Of a stretch of 64,000 nucleotides of DNA, positions 1-10,591 are shown one piece after another (the first letter of the stretch is position 1; every line of letters starts with the position of its first letter). Source of the stretch: Candidatus Micrarchaeota archaeon (lineage in GTDB: Archaea; Micrarchaeota; Micrarchaeia; Norongarragalinales; Norongarragalinaceae); assembly GCA_016212375.1 (NCBI GenBank), contig JACRGH010000044.1:1428-65427 (forward strand), read 5' to 3'. Both the position numbers and the translations under genes were made by a program. The notes beneath the pieces were generated by a model. The model saw nothing but the letters and a program-made list of their open reading frames with translations, made no database searches and had not been told where the DNA came from.

Positions 1-1523
1 CCGGTTTTCGAGCGGCGCTCGGCGATGCTCGCGAGGACCGCGATGCCGGAGGAGTCCAAGTAGTCGACATGCGTGAGGTCGAGAACCAAGGCGGGACAGG
101 CCTCACGAGGTGTTTCGTCAGCGATTTTTTCCAACATGTGGGCGGAGCCGAAAAAAAGCGGGCCGCTGATGCGATAGGTGCGGGCGACTCCGGCAATGTC
201 CGGTGCCAATGTTGTTTCGCTTGAAGCCGGGCTTTGGGAGGCAACTTGGCTGACTTCCACGTTGTCGCTCATTTTCTTGATGAACAATAAGCCGGCGAGG
301 GTGAAGCCGACCAAAATTGCCGTGGTGAGCTCAAGGAAAACGGTGGAGCCCACGGTCACGGCCAAAACCACCACGTCCGATTTACTGTCCGCCAAAAAGT
401 GCTTGATTTCCGCGATGCCGACCAAGTGGAAAGCGGTGAACATCAAAATACCGGCAAGGACGGGCATGGGAATGTATTGCGCCAAAGGCGCCAATACCAA
501 CAGCACACCCAGCAACATGACGGAGTGGACGATTGCAGAGAGGCGCGTTTTGGCGCCGTTCTTGACGTTTGTTGCCGAGCGGACGATGACCGACGTGGCC
601 GGAATACCATGAAAGAAAGGCAGGACCGTATTGGCAATGCCCTGGCCGACCAACTCCTTGGACGAGCTGTGCTTGGTGCCGGTCATGCCATCGAGAGAGA
701 CGGCCGAAAGGAGGCTTTCGATGCTTGCCAACAAGGCGATGGCCAACGCCGAGGGAAATAGGTCGTTGAGTTTGCCAATGTCAACGGCCGGGATTGAAAA
801 TGTGGGCAAACCGCTGGGCACGATACCGATGGTCTTAACGGTAAGCCCAAGGGCCAAGGCCACGGCGGTGACGGCCACCAAAGCGGCAAAGGACGCGGGA
901 ATTTTCTTGGAAAAGCGGGGAATAGCGAACAACAAAACGAGAGTCAGCATGCCCAAACCAAAAGCGGCGACATTGAATTGGCCGAAATGAAGGACGAAGG
1001 CGCTCAGCTGTCCAAAGGCGTTTTCGGCCTTGGTATCGATGCCGGTGAGGTTTCCGAGCTGTTGGATGAAGATAAGCAGGCCGATTCCGGTGGTGAAGCC
1101 GACCACGACGGTATAGGGGATGAACTTCACAACACGGCCGATGCCGGACAGTCCCATGGCAATCTGGATAAGACCTGCCAAAATGGCGGCAACCATCAAC
1201 CCGTCCAAGCCGAACTTCGCTACTATACTATAGAGGAGTACGGTCATGGCGGCGGCAGGGCCGGCAACCCCCAACTCGGTGCCCCCGAAGAGCGCGACCA
1301 AGAAGCCGGCGATAATGGCCGTATAAATCCCATACACCGGAGGAACGCCGGAGGCGATGGCGATGGCCAAACAAAGCGGAATGGCCACGACCATGACGAT
1401 GGTGCCGGCAATGAAGTCTTCTTTGGCGTACTTGAACGAAACGGAATTGGGCTTGAGCAGTTCAAGAAACGAATGGCTGATTTCCTTGGCACGGGATTTG
1501 AAGCGTTGGGCTTTGGCTTTCAC
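1..1523 (-). CDS. SulP-family anion transporter with a C-terminal STAS domain, partial. The C-terminus runs off the window start and the gene appears to begin with GTG at 1521-1523
   Basis: Minus-strand translation gives a SulP core (LAIAIASGVPPVYGIYTAIIAGFLVALFGGT...) and a STAS-like C-terminus (ALVLDLTHVDYLDSSGIAVLASIAERRS). The frame is consistent at both ends of the region. The plus-strand ORFs at 178-1532 are antisense artefacts. Confidence 0.6.
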   Translation of the reverse strand, partial: MKAKAQRFKSRAKEISHSFLELLKPNSVSFKYAKEDFIAGTIVMVVAIPLCLAIAIASGVPPVYGIYTAIIAGFLVALFGGTELGVAGPAAAMTVLLYSIVAKFGLDGLMVAAILAGLIQIAMGLSGIGRVVKFIPYTVVVGFTTGIGLLIFIQQLGNLTGIDTKAENAFGQLSAFVLHFGQFNVAAFGLGMLTLVLLFAIPRFSKKIPASFAALVAVTAVALALGLTVKTIGIVPSGLPTFSIPAVDIGKLNDLFPSALAIALLASIESLLSAVSLDGMTGTKHSSSKELVGQGIANTVLPFFHGIPATSVIVRSATNVKNGAKTRLSAIVHSVMLLGVLLVLAPLAQYIPMPVLAGILMFTAFHLVGIAEIKHFLADSKSDVVVLAVTVGSTVFLELTTAILVGFTLAGLLFIKKMSDNVEVSQVASQSPASSETTLAPDIAGVARTYRISGPLFFGSAHMLEKIADETPREACPALVLDLTHVDYLDSSGIAVLASIAERRSKT

Positions 1524-1830
1524 GAATCATAACACCTTCAGGTTGGAAATGGATGACTAAAATAGCTATATCGGAAATGAACGCTACCGCACTTTGAAAA
1601 CCGGGTTACATTTTGCGCGGATGTGCGCTTTAAACGGAAAAAAAGCCGCGAAGGGGGCCTTGAACAAATCGAAACGTTCCGTATGATGGATTTTTCAGGT
1701 CGTATTAGACCGTAACCGTTACAAGTTTAAAAAACCGATTGAAAGAAGCCCAAACTCGTATCGAAGAAAAAAGAGGATGACCCGTTACACCCAGTTACAC
1801 AATTGGAGAATGCAAAAAGCACGCAACCTC

Positions 1831-1840
1831 TTTTTTATAG
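1831..1840 (+). promoter_or_regulatory. TATA-like box (TTTTTTATAG) upstream of the pilus ATPase, implying a leaderless or near-leaderless transcript
   Basis: A/T box 16-25 nt upstream of ATG 1856, or 28-37 nt upstream of the alternative ATG at 1868. Confidence 0.3.
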
Positions 1841-1855
1841 TCCGCCGCAGTAAGG

Positions 1856-4147
1856 ATGCATGATTCCATGGCACCCGGACAGGCCGTCGTCAAAAGCGAC
1901 GGCGGCAAAAAAAGACTGGTTATCGACTACCGCGGCATGGCCTGGGGGCCGGACATCGCGCAATACGGACAGGCGTTTGCCGACGTGGTGGAAAAACTGC
2001 GCGAAGCCGATGCGGACGAAGTCGTGCTCAGCGAATATTACGAGCGCATTTACGACGAAAAGCAGACCAGTTGGCTGCGCGAAGTCGCCGATTTGATCAA
2101 CAACTTGGAAGCGGATGCCGTCTGGAGTCCCTCGCACCTGGGCAAGACCACGGAGTCCAAGACATTGGGGCCGCGCCACGATGCCGTCCTGAGGATATTG
2201 AACCTTATCAAGTCCGACCCGTTCAAAGCCTATCTGACGCTCATTCAGGAAATGAAAGGAGTAGCAGGGCAGGCGGCCAATGCCGGGCCGAACCTGGAAG
2301 ACGTCCAAATTTACCTCGGCACCCTGCGGTACATCCGGCAGAAAATGGAAGAGATGAAGCTCATCCAAGCCATGAAGGATTACCTGTCGCAGTTGGGTAG
2401 CATCCCCGAAGGCCGGACGGCATACCACGCGTTTTTCGAAAGTTCAATCAAGCCGTCGTTCATCGGCTCGCGCATCTTTTTCACGGCCACCGAACAGCTC
2501 GAATTGGTGGACCAGTACGACGTGGACGGGACCAAGGTGTACATCTATCGCCACCCCGACCAGGTGCAATACCAGTATTTCATCAACCCGCCGGAATACA
2601 GCCTGCCGCCGGAAAAATACTTCTTGTTGGAAAAAACCAAGGAAGTGGTGGCCCAGCACCGTCCTGAATCCGTCCAATTCCTCGACATCACCCAGGCGCG
2701 CAAATATTTCCGCAAAGTCTACGTGGCGACCATCGCGGATTTGGCCCTGAAAAACAACATCAAACTGACGGTCGAGGAAAAAGAGGACTTGGCCTCCATC
2801 GTGGCCCGCTACACCATCGGTTACGGCATCTTGGAAATCCTGCTTTCCGATCGCCGGGTCACCGATGTGTACATCGATTCCCCCCTAGGCGACAAACCCA
2901 TCTACTTGGTGCATGGCAAATACGGCCAATGCCAGACCAACGTCATCTTTTCCAATGAAGAGGCGCGAAGCATCGTGTCCCGTTTCCGTGCCCTTTCGGG
3001 TCGTCCGTTTGATGAGGGCCACCCCATCTTGGACTTTGATTTGGAAGACTTGCAGACGCGCATCGCCGTCATCGGAAAACCCCTTGCTTTGGATGGAATC
3101 GCATTCGCATTCCGGTTGCACAAACAGACGCCGTGGACCTTGGCGCAATTCGTGGACGGAAAAGCGTTCGACTCCTTTACCGCCGGCGTCCTGTCCTTTT
3201 TCGTCGACGCACAGGCGTCGATGTTGATTGTCGGATCCAGAGGCGCAGGGAAAACTTCACTTTTGCAGGCCATGATGTTGGAACTGCCGCAAAACCTACG
3301 CACCCTTGTCCAGGAAGACACCCAGGAGCTCCCCGTCCCCCAGATGAAGAAACTGGGACTGAACATCCAGCGCCTCAAGACCCGCCCGCCTTTGGGCGGT
3401 GGCACGGAAAGCGAAGTGTCAGCCGAAGACGCCCTACGAACTGCCTTGCGGTTGGGAGATTCCGTGTTGATTGTCGGTGAAGTCCGGAGTACCGAAGCTA
3501 AAGCCCTATATGAGGCCATGCGTGTCGGTGCCGTCGGTAACGTCGTCATGGGCACCATCCACGGCGAGTCGGCGTACAGCATCTGGGACCGGGTGGTGAA
3601 CGACTTGGGCGTTCCAACTACGTCCTTCAAGGCCACCGATTTTTGCGTCGTTGCCGCACCCATCCGGTTCAAAGGCTCGCTCAAGCGCTTCCGCCGGCTC
3701 ATCGAGCTGACCGAAGTGAAGAAAGACTGGTCGGAAGATCCCGGAAAGGAAGACGGATTTTTGCAGTGGATGACCTTCGATGCCAACAAGGACGGCTTGG
3801 ATTTGTTCAAGGAGGCCATCAAAAGCAAAAGCGAGTGGTTGCAAAAAGTGCAGCGCATGCGCGGCTTGGATTTCGACGCGGTTTGGAGCGAAATCGAGGC
3901 TAGGGGGCAGACCAAACAATACCTGGTTGACGCCAAGAACAAGTTGGAGATTCCACGCCTGCTAGAGGCTGAATACGCCGTCCGAGCGCATATGCACTAC
4001 TTATTGGCCTCGGAAAAACAACGCGAGGAAACCGGAAAAGTCGACTACCCCACCTTGATGGCCGGCTGGAAAGAATGGGTGGACCGCGAACTGGTCGCGG
4101 ATTTGGTGCGGCAAAAAGAAAGTGCGGCGCAAGGCGCGGCGGAATAG
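1856..4147 (+). CDS. Type IV pilus/archaellum-family secretion ATPase (FlaI/PilB/TadA/VirB11 superfamily) with a long N-terminal extension
   Basis: Walker A GSRGAGKTS, Walker B-like LIVGEVR, and the overall GspE-type architecture. It sits beside a TadC-like membrane protein and the pre-pilin genes. Confidence 0.8.
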   Translation: MHDSMAPGQAVVKSDGGKKRLVIDYRGMAWGPDIAQYGQAFADVVEKLREADADEVVLSEYYERIYDEKQTSWLREVADLINNLEADAVWSPSHLGKTTESKTLGPRHDAVLRILNLIKSDPFKAYLTLIQEMKGVAGQAANAGPNLEDVQIYLGTLRYIRQKMEEMKLIQAMKDYLSQLGSIPEGRTAYHAFFESSIKPSFIGSRIFFTATEQLELVDQYDVDGTKVYIYRHPDQVQYQYFINPPEYSLPPEKYFLLEKTKEVVAQHRPESVQFLDITQARKYFRKVYVATIADLALKNNIKLTVEEKEDLASIVARYTIGYGILEILLSDRRVTDVYIDSPLGDKPIYLVHGKYGQCQTNVIFSNEEARSIVSRFRALSGRPFDEGHPILDFDLEDLQTRIAVIGKPLALDGIAFAFRLHKQTPWTLAQFVDGKAFDSFTAGVLSFFVDAQASMLIVGSRGAGKTSLLQAMMLELPQNLRTLVQEDTQELPVPQMKKLGLNIQRLKTRPPLGGGTESEVSAEDALRTALRLGDSVLIVGEVRSTEAKALYEAMRVGAVGNVVMGTIHGESAYSIWDRVVNDLGVPTTSFKATDFCVVAAPIRFKGSLKRFRRLIELTEVKKDWSEDPGKEDGFLQWMTFDANKDGLDLFKEAIKSKSEWLQKVQRMRGLDFDAVWSEIEARGQTKQYLVDAKNKLEIPRLLEAEYAVRAHMHYLLASEKQREETGKVDYPTLMAGWKEWVDRELVADLVRQKESAAQGAAE

Positions 4148-4220
4148 GAGAAGACACCAAAGCGGGACAGCAACAGAGTAGTGAATTGGTACCAACACCG
4201 TAAAACGCAACTATACGGAC

Positions 4221-4601
4221 CTAATACCCTTCGACTTTCAACCCGCCAACCCGTGAAAAATGCTTGAGGTTGGGCGTCAGAAGCAACTCGTTTTCCACAA
4301 GGGCAACGGCGGCCATCATGCAATCCAACGCGCCGATATCCTGGCCTTGGTTTTTGAGGGTGCGGTAAAGGGCGCCGGCGGCTTCGGCATGCGCTTCGGT
4401 GAAAGGCACGGACTCCAAATGGTCCAACAACCGCCGTCGGCGTTGTTCAATCCCAGGAGGCGAGCCGGCACTTAATTCAAATACGGCCGGAGTGGGAACG
4501 CGGATACGCTGTCCGGAATTCTCATAACCGGCAATCTTCGCGATGAGCGCCTTGTTTTCCTGCGACAGGTGGATGACGGCGGCGGTGTCTAAGAGGACCA
4601 T
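4221..4601 (-). CDS. vapC: PIN-domain toxin VapC. The likely start is the internal Met of MVLLDTAAVIHL
   Basis: MVLLDTAAV N-terminus typical of VapC; acidic PIN residues; overlaps the upstream antitoxin gene. Confidence 0.65.
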   Translation of the reverse strand: MVLLDTAAVIHLSQENKALIAKIAGYENSGQRIRVPTPAVFELSAGSPPGIEQRRRRLLDHLESVPFTEAHAEAAGALYRTLKNQGQDIGALDCMMAAVALVENELLLTPNLKHFSRVGGLKVEGY

Positions 4602-4807
4602 GAGCGCACCTTGACTGACTCGCGGACCTTTTGGACGCCAGCCTGCCATTCGCGGGCTTCCTCGTCGGTGATGATGCGGCCCAAATCCGACACTTTTTCC
4701 TGGCGCAATAAGCGGGAGATTTCATCCGAGAAACTCTCATGGGCGTCCTTGCGTTTTTTGAGGCGGGCGTAGACCTCTTCGGAAATGCTGATATTTTTGA
4801 ATCCCAT
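4589..4807 (-). CDS. vapB: VapB-type antitoxin. The likely start is MGFKNISISEEVYARLKKRK
   Basis: Small protein with an ISISEEVYARLKK motif; paralogous to the antitoxin at 61560-61757; overlaps vapC by 13 nt. Confidence 0.55.
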   Translation of the reverse strand: MGFKNISISEEVYARLKKRKDAHESFSDEISRLLRQEKVSDLGRIITDEEAREWQAGVQKVRESVKVRSWSS

Positions 4808-4828
4808 ACTACACACATACCCACACCG

Positions 4829-4836
4829 ATATAAAA
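4829..4836 (-). promoter_or_regulatory. TATA box (TTTTATAT on the minus strand) for vapBC-1, giving a leaderless transcript
   Basis: Located 24-31 nt upstream of the vapB ATG. Confidence 0.3.
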
Positions 4837-4964
4837 CAGTTTGGGCGTTGTTCAACACCACCGCCACCACAACCACCAACGATGAACTACCGACCGCACC
4901 CACGAGAAAAAAATACAGGAAGCCGAAGACCTTTTATCCTGAGTTTCCGTCGATTCTAATCAGT

Positions 4965-7256
4965 ATGCCCCCCCGTAACCCATCCGGCAAACCTGAAAAA
5001 CCCCAAAAAGCCCAGAGCCTCTACTCTCAGGGCGATTCGGGGTACTCCGATTTTGACGAAGTCAAGACGGGTCCGCCCCAAGTGCCGGCATTTGTCAAGA
5101 CCACGCAAAGCTACGCCAAGATGTTCGCCTCGTACGGCAAGAACGGAAAATTCACGGATGAGGAGGCCGACGCGTTCGCATTTTTGGGCTGGGACGTGAC
5201 GCCGGAACAATTCTGCGCCGCGTACAAAGGCATCCGGACCGTCGGGTTGATGATCGGCGTAGTGATGGCGGTCGCGTTTTTCTTTTTGGCGGAAAATTTC
5301 CTGACCGATTTGCTGATGCGCGGCGTGTTTTGCGCCATCTTCATCGCCATGCCGCTTTTGATTTCACAAAACTACCGCAAAACACCATTCCAGCAGGTGG
5401 AAAAGGAAAAAATCCAGTCCTTGGCGTACGTCCCGGAAATCATCAATTATCTCACGATGAGCATGCGGCTGACGCCCAACTTGGAGCGCGCCGTCGAATT
5501 CGCCGCAAGCCACGGCCGCGGAAAAATCGCCGAGGACTTGAAGAAAATCGTCTGGGATGTCCAATTGGGACGTTACGAATCGGTCGAAGAGGGCTTGGAC
5601 GAATTGGCGTACCGCTGGGGCGCGTACAACGACGATTTCAAGCATGCCTTGATGATGATACGCGCGTCGGTGCTGGAGGCGGACAAGGAGAGGCGCTTTG
5701 CCTTGTTGGACAAAGCGGGCCAGGACGTCTTGGAAGGAAGTAAGGAAAAAATGGACCATTACGCGAGGAAATTGCAACAACCCACCGTGTACCTCTATTA
5801 CTTCGGCATCCTCCTGCCGCTGTTAATGGCGATTTTATTGCCCATCGGCTCCTCGCTTGCAAACATCGACTTGCTTTCCCGCGGCGAATTTTTGTTCGTC
5901 GTGTACAACATCATGATTCCCATCGGCGTGTTCGTTTTCGGCAAGAACATCCTGTCCAACAAGCCGCCCACCGGAACTCCGCCTAAGATTCCGGCCAACT
6001 TCCCGGGCCTGCCCAAAACCAAGCCCTTCACGTTCGTGGCCATTGCCTTGATTTTAGGCGGCGTCACCTTGGGCTATTTGACGGACATCGGCACCACGGC
6101 GGACGTCATCAACGGAGCCATCTATTTACCCGCCATGCACGCATTCATCGACCCGACGAACGACAATCCCGACCCGCTTTTGATTCCCGGCACCCTGGGG
6201 GGCATCAACACGTTTTTGGTCCGGCCCGAGGAACGTCAGGAAAAAATCCTCGACCAATTGGCCGTGCTGACCAAACCGGAGGAAGCCGGCGTACCTCGCA
6301 ACAGCCAGATTGCGGAGGAACTGCAAAAAATCCCCTACATCCGCCTTTTCGCACAACTGGGCATTTTCGTAGGCGAATTTGCCATTTTCGGCTTTTTGTT
6401 AGGCACCGGCATCGCCATCAGCATCTACCTGAATGGGAAATATTCCGAACGAAAAAAAGTCCAGGATGACGTTCGCGCCATGGAAACGGAATTCAAAGAC
6501 GCCATGTACGTCCTCGCATCCCGCATGGGCGAGAACAAACCCATTGAGGAAGCGTTGCGCTCCGCGGTCGCATTTTTGCCAAAAAGCAAAATCGGCCGCG
6601 ACGTATTCCGGCGGATTATCGAGAACATCTCCACGTTGGGCATGACTCTGGAAACCGCGATTTTTGACAAGACGTTCGGCGCCCTGCGCCTGGTACCCTC
6701 GCAAATCATCCGCAGCGGCATGCAATTTTTGGTCGACTCCGTGGATTTGGGCGTGGACGTGGCGGCGCGCTCCCTGATTGCGTTGTCCATGCAGTTGCGC
6801 AATTCGGAAAAAATCAACGAGTCCTTGCGCAAATTGTTGCAGGACGTGACCGTGATGCTGTCCACCATGGCAAGCTTTGTCGCACCCATCGTTTTGGGCG
6901 TCGTATCGGCGATGCAACGGCTCATCATCTCATCCTTGGCATCGCAGGGGTCCACAGGCGTGGAAGCAGGGGTGGACGCCGGCACCGGAGGAAGCGCCGT
7001 AGGCGGCCTAGGCGGGGGAGGCTTAAGCAGCATGTTCCAGGGAAAAGGCTTGGAAAACGCGGCAGAGCCCGGCTTGTTCATCCTGGTCCTTGGCATCTAC
7101 GCCTTGCAAATCGTCATCCTCCTGACGTACTTCAACTCGCAAATCGAGGACACCGGCAACGAACTGCACACCTACACCGCCATTGCAAAAAATGTTCCAC
7201 TCGCAATCGGCCTGTACTGTGCCACGGTGTACCTGGCGGGTACGTTTTTCAGTTAG
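4965..7256 (+). CDS. Polytopic membrane protein of the TadC/FlaJ/PilC (T2SS-F) family, the pilus assembly platform. The ORF opens at 4785 but the likely start is Met 4965
   Basis: Cytoplasmic alpha-helical domains alternate with transmembrane helix pairs. It lies directly downstream of the secretion ATPase and upstream of the pilins. The 5' part of the ORF overlaps vapB. Confidence 0.6.
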   Translation: MPPRNPSGKPEKPQKAQSLYSQGDSGYSDFDEVKTGPPQVPAFVKTTQSYAKMFASYGKNGKFTDEEADAFAFLGWDVTPEQFCAAYKGIRTVGLMIGVVMAVAFFFLAENFLTDLLMRGVFCAIFIAMPLLISQNYRKTPFQQVEKEKIQSLAYVPEIINYLTMSMRLTPNLERAVEFAASHGRGKIAEDLKKIVWDVQLGRYESVEEGLDELAYRWGAYNDDFKHALMMIRASVLEADKERRFALLDKAGQDVLEGSKEKMDHYARKLQQPTVYLYYFGILLPLLMAILLPIGSSLANIDLLSRGEFLFVVYNIMIPIGVFVFGKNILSNKPPTGTPPKIPANFPGLPKTKPFTFVAIALILGGVTLGYLTDIGTTADVINGAIYLPAMHAFIDPTNDNPDPLLIPGTLGGINTFLVRPEERQEKILDQLAVLTKPEEAGVPRNSQIAEELQKIPYIRLFAQLGIFVGEFAIFGFLLGTGIAISIYLNGKYSERKKVQDDVRAMETEFKDAMYVLASRMGENKPIEEALRSAVAFLPKSKIGRDVFRRIIENISTLGMTLETAIFDKTFGALRLVPSQIIRSGMQFLVDSVDLGVDVAARSLIALSMQLRNSEKINESLRKLLQDVTVMLSTMASFVAPIVLGVVSAMQRLIISSLASQGSTGVEAGVDAGTGGSAVGGLGGGGLSSMFQGKGLENAAEPGLFILVLGIYALQIVILLTYFNSQIEDTGNELHTYTAIAKNVPLAIGLYCATVYLAGTFFS

Positions 7257-7410
7257 GCATTTGAAAGCAGGATATAACCCATATCCAACGAAGTTGGAAA
7301 GCTTAAAAACGTCGCGTTTCGTAATGCCTGCGGCCCGTTTGGGAGCCTATCCGTCAAGTGATTGGCAAAGTTAAATCTTGAATCCAAAAACCATGTTTGG
7401 GGGAGTTTAC

Positions 7411-7911
7411 ATGAAGTTTTCCAAGAAAAACACACGTGCCTTGCGCGGCCAAGCCTTTGACACCATGATGTTGGTCATTTCCGTCATTATTGCTATCGCC
7501 ATCTTGGGCGTTTTGATGAACATCCTAGGCGGCATCAAAATCGGGGTGAACGACCCGTCATCGGTGATGAAAACGGACTTGAAAAGCATCGTCTCCAGCG
7601 GATATGGCATTTCAACTCCCAAGAAAGTCAGTTTCGACTCCGGGGTAGCGATTTTGCCCGGCTCCGTTATCGGCGACTCACCGTTGCAACCGGGAGATAT
7701 CAAATTTACAACACACTCAGGTGACTTCGATACGTCCGTAATGGAAATCAACGATGACTCCATTAAAGTAAACAAGAATTCCCAAGGGTACGTCGTAGTC
7801 TGTGGAAATGATAACCCCGGCCGCTCAGGCAATCCCAAATACTGCATCAGTATCGCCCGACAGGCCAATGATGCCCGGGATACGTGCGTCCAAAAATGCA
7901 ATCTCCGTTGA
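7411..7911 (+). CDS. Pre-pilin with a class III (type IV pilin-like) signal peptide
   Basis: MKFSKKNTRALRG|QAFDTMMLVISVIIAIAILGVL: a basic N-region, then G followed by Q, then a hydrophobic helix. Confidence 0.65.
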   Translation: MKFSKKNTRALRGQAFDTMMLVISVIIAIAILGVLMNILGGIKIGVNDPSSVMKTDLKSIVSSGYGISTPKKVSFDSGVAILPGSVIGDSPLQPGDIKFTTHSGDFDTSVMEINDDSIKVNKNSQGYVVVCGNDNPGRSGNPKYCISIARQANDARDTCVQKCNLR

Positions 7912-7985
7912 TTTAACCCGGGAGTGGGCCGCGCACCCCCCCATCTCCCGAAACCTTTTTCTTCAACCGTTCCATTGACATCACT

Positions 7986-8285
7986 ATGCGCGGCACCGAG
8001 TGGGCTCCTTTGTATCTGTTGGTGGTACTAGCCATTGCCGCCATCCTGTTGGTCACGTTCGTCAAGCCGCTATTCCGCCAAGCCGCAGTAAGCGCCGAGG
8101 ATGCCAGCAAAGCGGCCAAAGACGCGGCCAAATCCGCAATGCCTTTCCTGGCGTTCATCCCATTTGGGCGCAACGTCAAAAAAAGCAAAAACGCGGTAAT
8201 CCAAATGTTGCAAAACGCGTGCTCCCTTTTCTTACCGCCAAGTCCGGTTCCAGTACGCGACGTTACCTACGGGGGTAAGCCGTAG
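7986..8285 (+). CDS. Small pre-pilin-like protein (class III signal peptide MRG|TEWAPLYLLVVLAIAAILLV)
   Basis: Short positively charged N-terminus followed by a hydrophobic helix. Confidence 0.5.
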   Translation: MRGTEWAPLYLLVVLAIAAILLVTFVKPLFRQAAVSAEDASKAAKDAAKSAMPFLAFIPFGRNVKKSKNAVIQMLQNACSLFLPPSPVPVRDVTYGGKP

Positions 8286-9110
8286 ATGCTCAGCCCAATA
8301 AAAATAAAATTCGCCCACAAAAACGAGGGGGGAATCCGGAGGAACCTCAAACTGAAGGGACGACGCAAGTCTTCGAAGGACTTGCGAAGGCCACAATTCC
8401 TGGAAGGAATTGTGTGCGGACGCTCACCCCTGCGGTTCCGGCGGGGACAAATGGACGCCCCCATTGAATTGGTCATCGCCATCATTATCATGGTCACCAG
8501 CCTCGGATTGGGGTTTTACGTAATGGAAACCAGCAAAAACAACCAGTGCATATCCGCGCTACAGACGCAGACGCAACAGTTGCAGCAAGCCATCTTGGAC
8601 GTAGGGTTGGGCTCTGCCGGAAGCAAAAAAACGATCCGATTTTCCATGCCCAGTTGCGGGGACCAAGCCGTACAGGGCATCCAGTTCGTCAAATACACGT
8701 CCGCTGAATTGTGCCGCCGCTGTCCGGGCCATTATTCGGGGTGTTGGCAAATCGTGCCGGTTGCGCGCACCCGTGACGGCATGACGGCGGTCAGCGACGC
8801 GATTACCTGCATCGAATTGCCGGCAGAACGGGTGAGCATCGAGCAGGCACAGACACCGGACCAAAGTTGCACACCGTTAAGCACCACGCCCTGTCCGGAT
8901 GGTACGACCAGTTGCCTGAGCCAATTGGGCATCGGTTCTTCATTGTATAACCCGGCCTCCGGCACCGGCTCATCCAACTGGCTGACGTTGGGAAGCCAAA
9001 ACGCCCGCCAGTACCTCATCACGTTCAACAAGGTCCTTTCAGTCGGCGATGTGACGGGGCACACCCAAATCACGATGTGCGCGGTACCGGTGGGCGTTCG
9101 GACCAATTGA
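8286..9110 (+). CDS. Pre-pilin-like secreted protein. The true start is probably GTG 8412 (MCGRSPLRFRRG|QMDAPIELVIAIIIMV) or ATG 8451
   Basis: An RRGQ motif followed by a hydrophobic helix; Cys-rich C-terminal region. Confidence 0.5.
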   Translation: MLSPIKIKFAHKNEGGIRRNLKLKGRRKSSKDLRRPQFLEGIVCGRSPLRFRRGQMDAPIELVIAIIIMVTSLGLGFYVMETSKNNQCISALQTQTQQLQQAILDVGLGSAGSKKTIRFSMPSCGDQAVQGIQFVKYTSAELCRRCPGHYSGCWQIVPVARTRDGMTAVSDAITCIELPAERVSIEQAQTPDQSCTPLSTTPCPDGTTSCLSQLGIGSSLYNPASGTGSSNWLTLGSQNARQYLITFNKVLSVGDVTGHTQITMCAVPVGVRTN

Positions 9111-9221
9111 GAAAAGCCGCACCGCAAAACCGTGTAAAAAAAGACGCGTAAAAACGGATTCAAACCCGGGTCGGCCCAAATGTTCCAAACGGTTTAAAAC
9201 GCACGTAACGTTGTTGCTCTG

Positions 9222-9995
9222 ATGCGAGCCCGAAAAACAGTTGCCAGGACAAGCCACACCACAAAGGTCGGCAGTTTCCGCGGTCCACGTGATTCTTTTC
9301 GCGCCCAAATCGCATTGTGGATGATGACCAAATTTGCGATGGTCTTTTTCATCATCTTACTTGCCGGCATCATGATCAGTTTTTCCGACACGCAAAAAAC
9401 CGCCATCTGCCGCACGCAGGCGCAATCCATGGCCAACAACATCGCCTCGACGTTGAGCAACGTCATCAATTCCCCGGTGGAGGACGAACGCAAGGTCGTT
9501 TCCTTCGTGTCCTCGCTTTCGGTGGGCAAAAGCCAGCTGGAACGATACACCATCAACGTCACTAATATCCCGGCGCAGAACGACCCGAAAACCGGATCAT
9601 TGGTGGTGCACGTATTGTCCGGCATGGGGTGCGAAGGATACGCCCGCGCGTCTTATGACAAGACCATGACCATCATGGACCCGACAACGTTAAGTTCACG
9701 TTGGAATGCGGGTTTGAGCCTGGAAATGAGGCCATCGGACATCCAGAAACGGGATTACTACCTCATTATTGCCAAATGCAAACCAAAACAGGCCGGTTTT
9801 TCCAGCTATTTGTACTTGCGCCAATGCAACGGCGTGTTGGGGACGGAATTGAATCCGGAAACGTCATGTCCGCCTTATTTGGAAAGCGCGGAACCGGACA
9901 TGACCAAACGGTTGGTCGCAAATCCGCTGCTTCGATGCTGCGGATGGGAAGCAGTTGAAAACGGAGGAACACCCCAATGCCCGGCCCCCATCTGA
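9222..9995 (+). CDS. Pre-pilin-like protein (...FRA|QIALWMMTKFAMVFFIILLAGIMI)
   Basis: Class III-like N-terminus; part of the pilin gene array. Confidence 0.5.
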   Translation: MRARKTVARTSHTTKVGSFRGPRDSFRAQIALWMMTKFAMVFFIILLAGIMISFSDTQKTAICRTQAQSMANNIASTLSNVINSPVEDERKVVSFVSSLSVGKSQLERYTINVTNIPAQNDPKTGSLVVHVLSGMGCEGYARASYDKTMTIMDPTTLSSRWNAGLSLEMRPSDIQKRDYYLIIAKCKPKQAGFSSYLYLRQCNGVLGTELNPETSCPPYLESAEPDMTKRLVANPLLRCCGWEAVENGGTPQCPAPI

Positions 9996-10591
9996 ACACT
10001 AAACACCGCTCAAGGGGTTTCGTTGGCCCTTTGGGCGATGATTTACCCAGCATTTTCCCCATCGTTGCCGCCGTGGTATTGTTCATCGGCACATTGGCGT
10101 ATGCCAACGGCTTGGTCGAGGGCAAGAACCGCTTGCTTGAAACGCGCCAAGCCGCATTGGCGCTGTCCTACCTTGCGACGGAAACGGGCCTCATCAACAA
10201 TCGCACCGATTTTGAGCAAAACACCTGCAAAGACCATCTGATGAAATATGCGCTGTCCAACCGCATCCAATTTGCCGTGACCGTGAAGCGGTATTGCCAG
10301 AGCATCCAATTTTATTATCCACAAGCCAACCCGTCTCCTGAATACTTGAAAAAAAACCCGTCATACATTCAAAAAAACGATTTGGAAACGCAGGGCCAGA
10401 CGTGGGCGTATTGCACCAACAAGGTGGACATCAACGGAAATTCCCCGGCGGACGGGCTTTTGGGCGTGCCAGAAGATGCCGTCGTCTTCACGTACCCGGT
10501 AGCCGTGCCATGTCCATTGCCAAACCAGCCGCCGACCAACGGATTGGGCCTTATCAACGTGATTGCATGGAAGGAACGCGGAAAAATATGA
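9977..10591 (+). CDS. Pre-pilin-like protein (...SRG|FVGPLGDDLPSIFPIVAAVVLFIGTLAYA)
   Basis: Class III-like N-terminus; its stop overlaps the next ORF as ATGA. Confidence 0.5.
   Translation: MPGPHLNTKHRSRGFVGPLGDDLPSIFPIVAAVVLFIGTLAYANGLVEGKNRLLETRQAALALSYLATETGLINNRTDFEQNTCKDHLMKYALSNRIQFAVTVKRYCQSIQFYYPQANPSPEYLKKNPSYIQKNDLETQGQTWAYCTNKVDINGNSPADGLLGVPEDAVVFTYPVAVPCPLPNQPPTNGLGLINVIAWKERGKI

Noticed and set aside
178-1532. Four overlapping plus-strand ORFs (178-612, 399-761, 631-990, 978-1532)
   Set aside because: They occupy all three frames with implausible composition. The minus strand reads as a coherent SulP/STAS transporter, so they are antisense artefacts of GC-rich coding DNA.
10402-10587. 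The N-terminal 62 codons of the 411-aa ORF
   Set aside because: This stretch overlaps the previous pilin gene in another frame, so the real gene starts at or after 10588.
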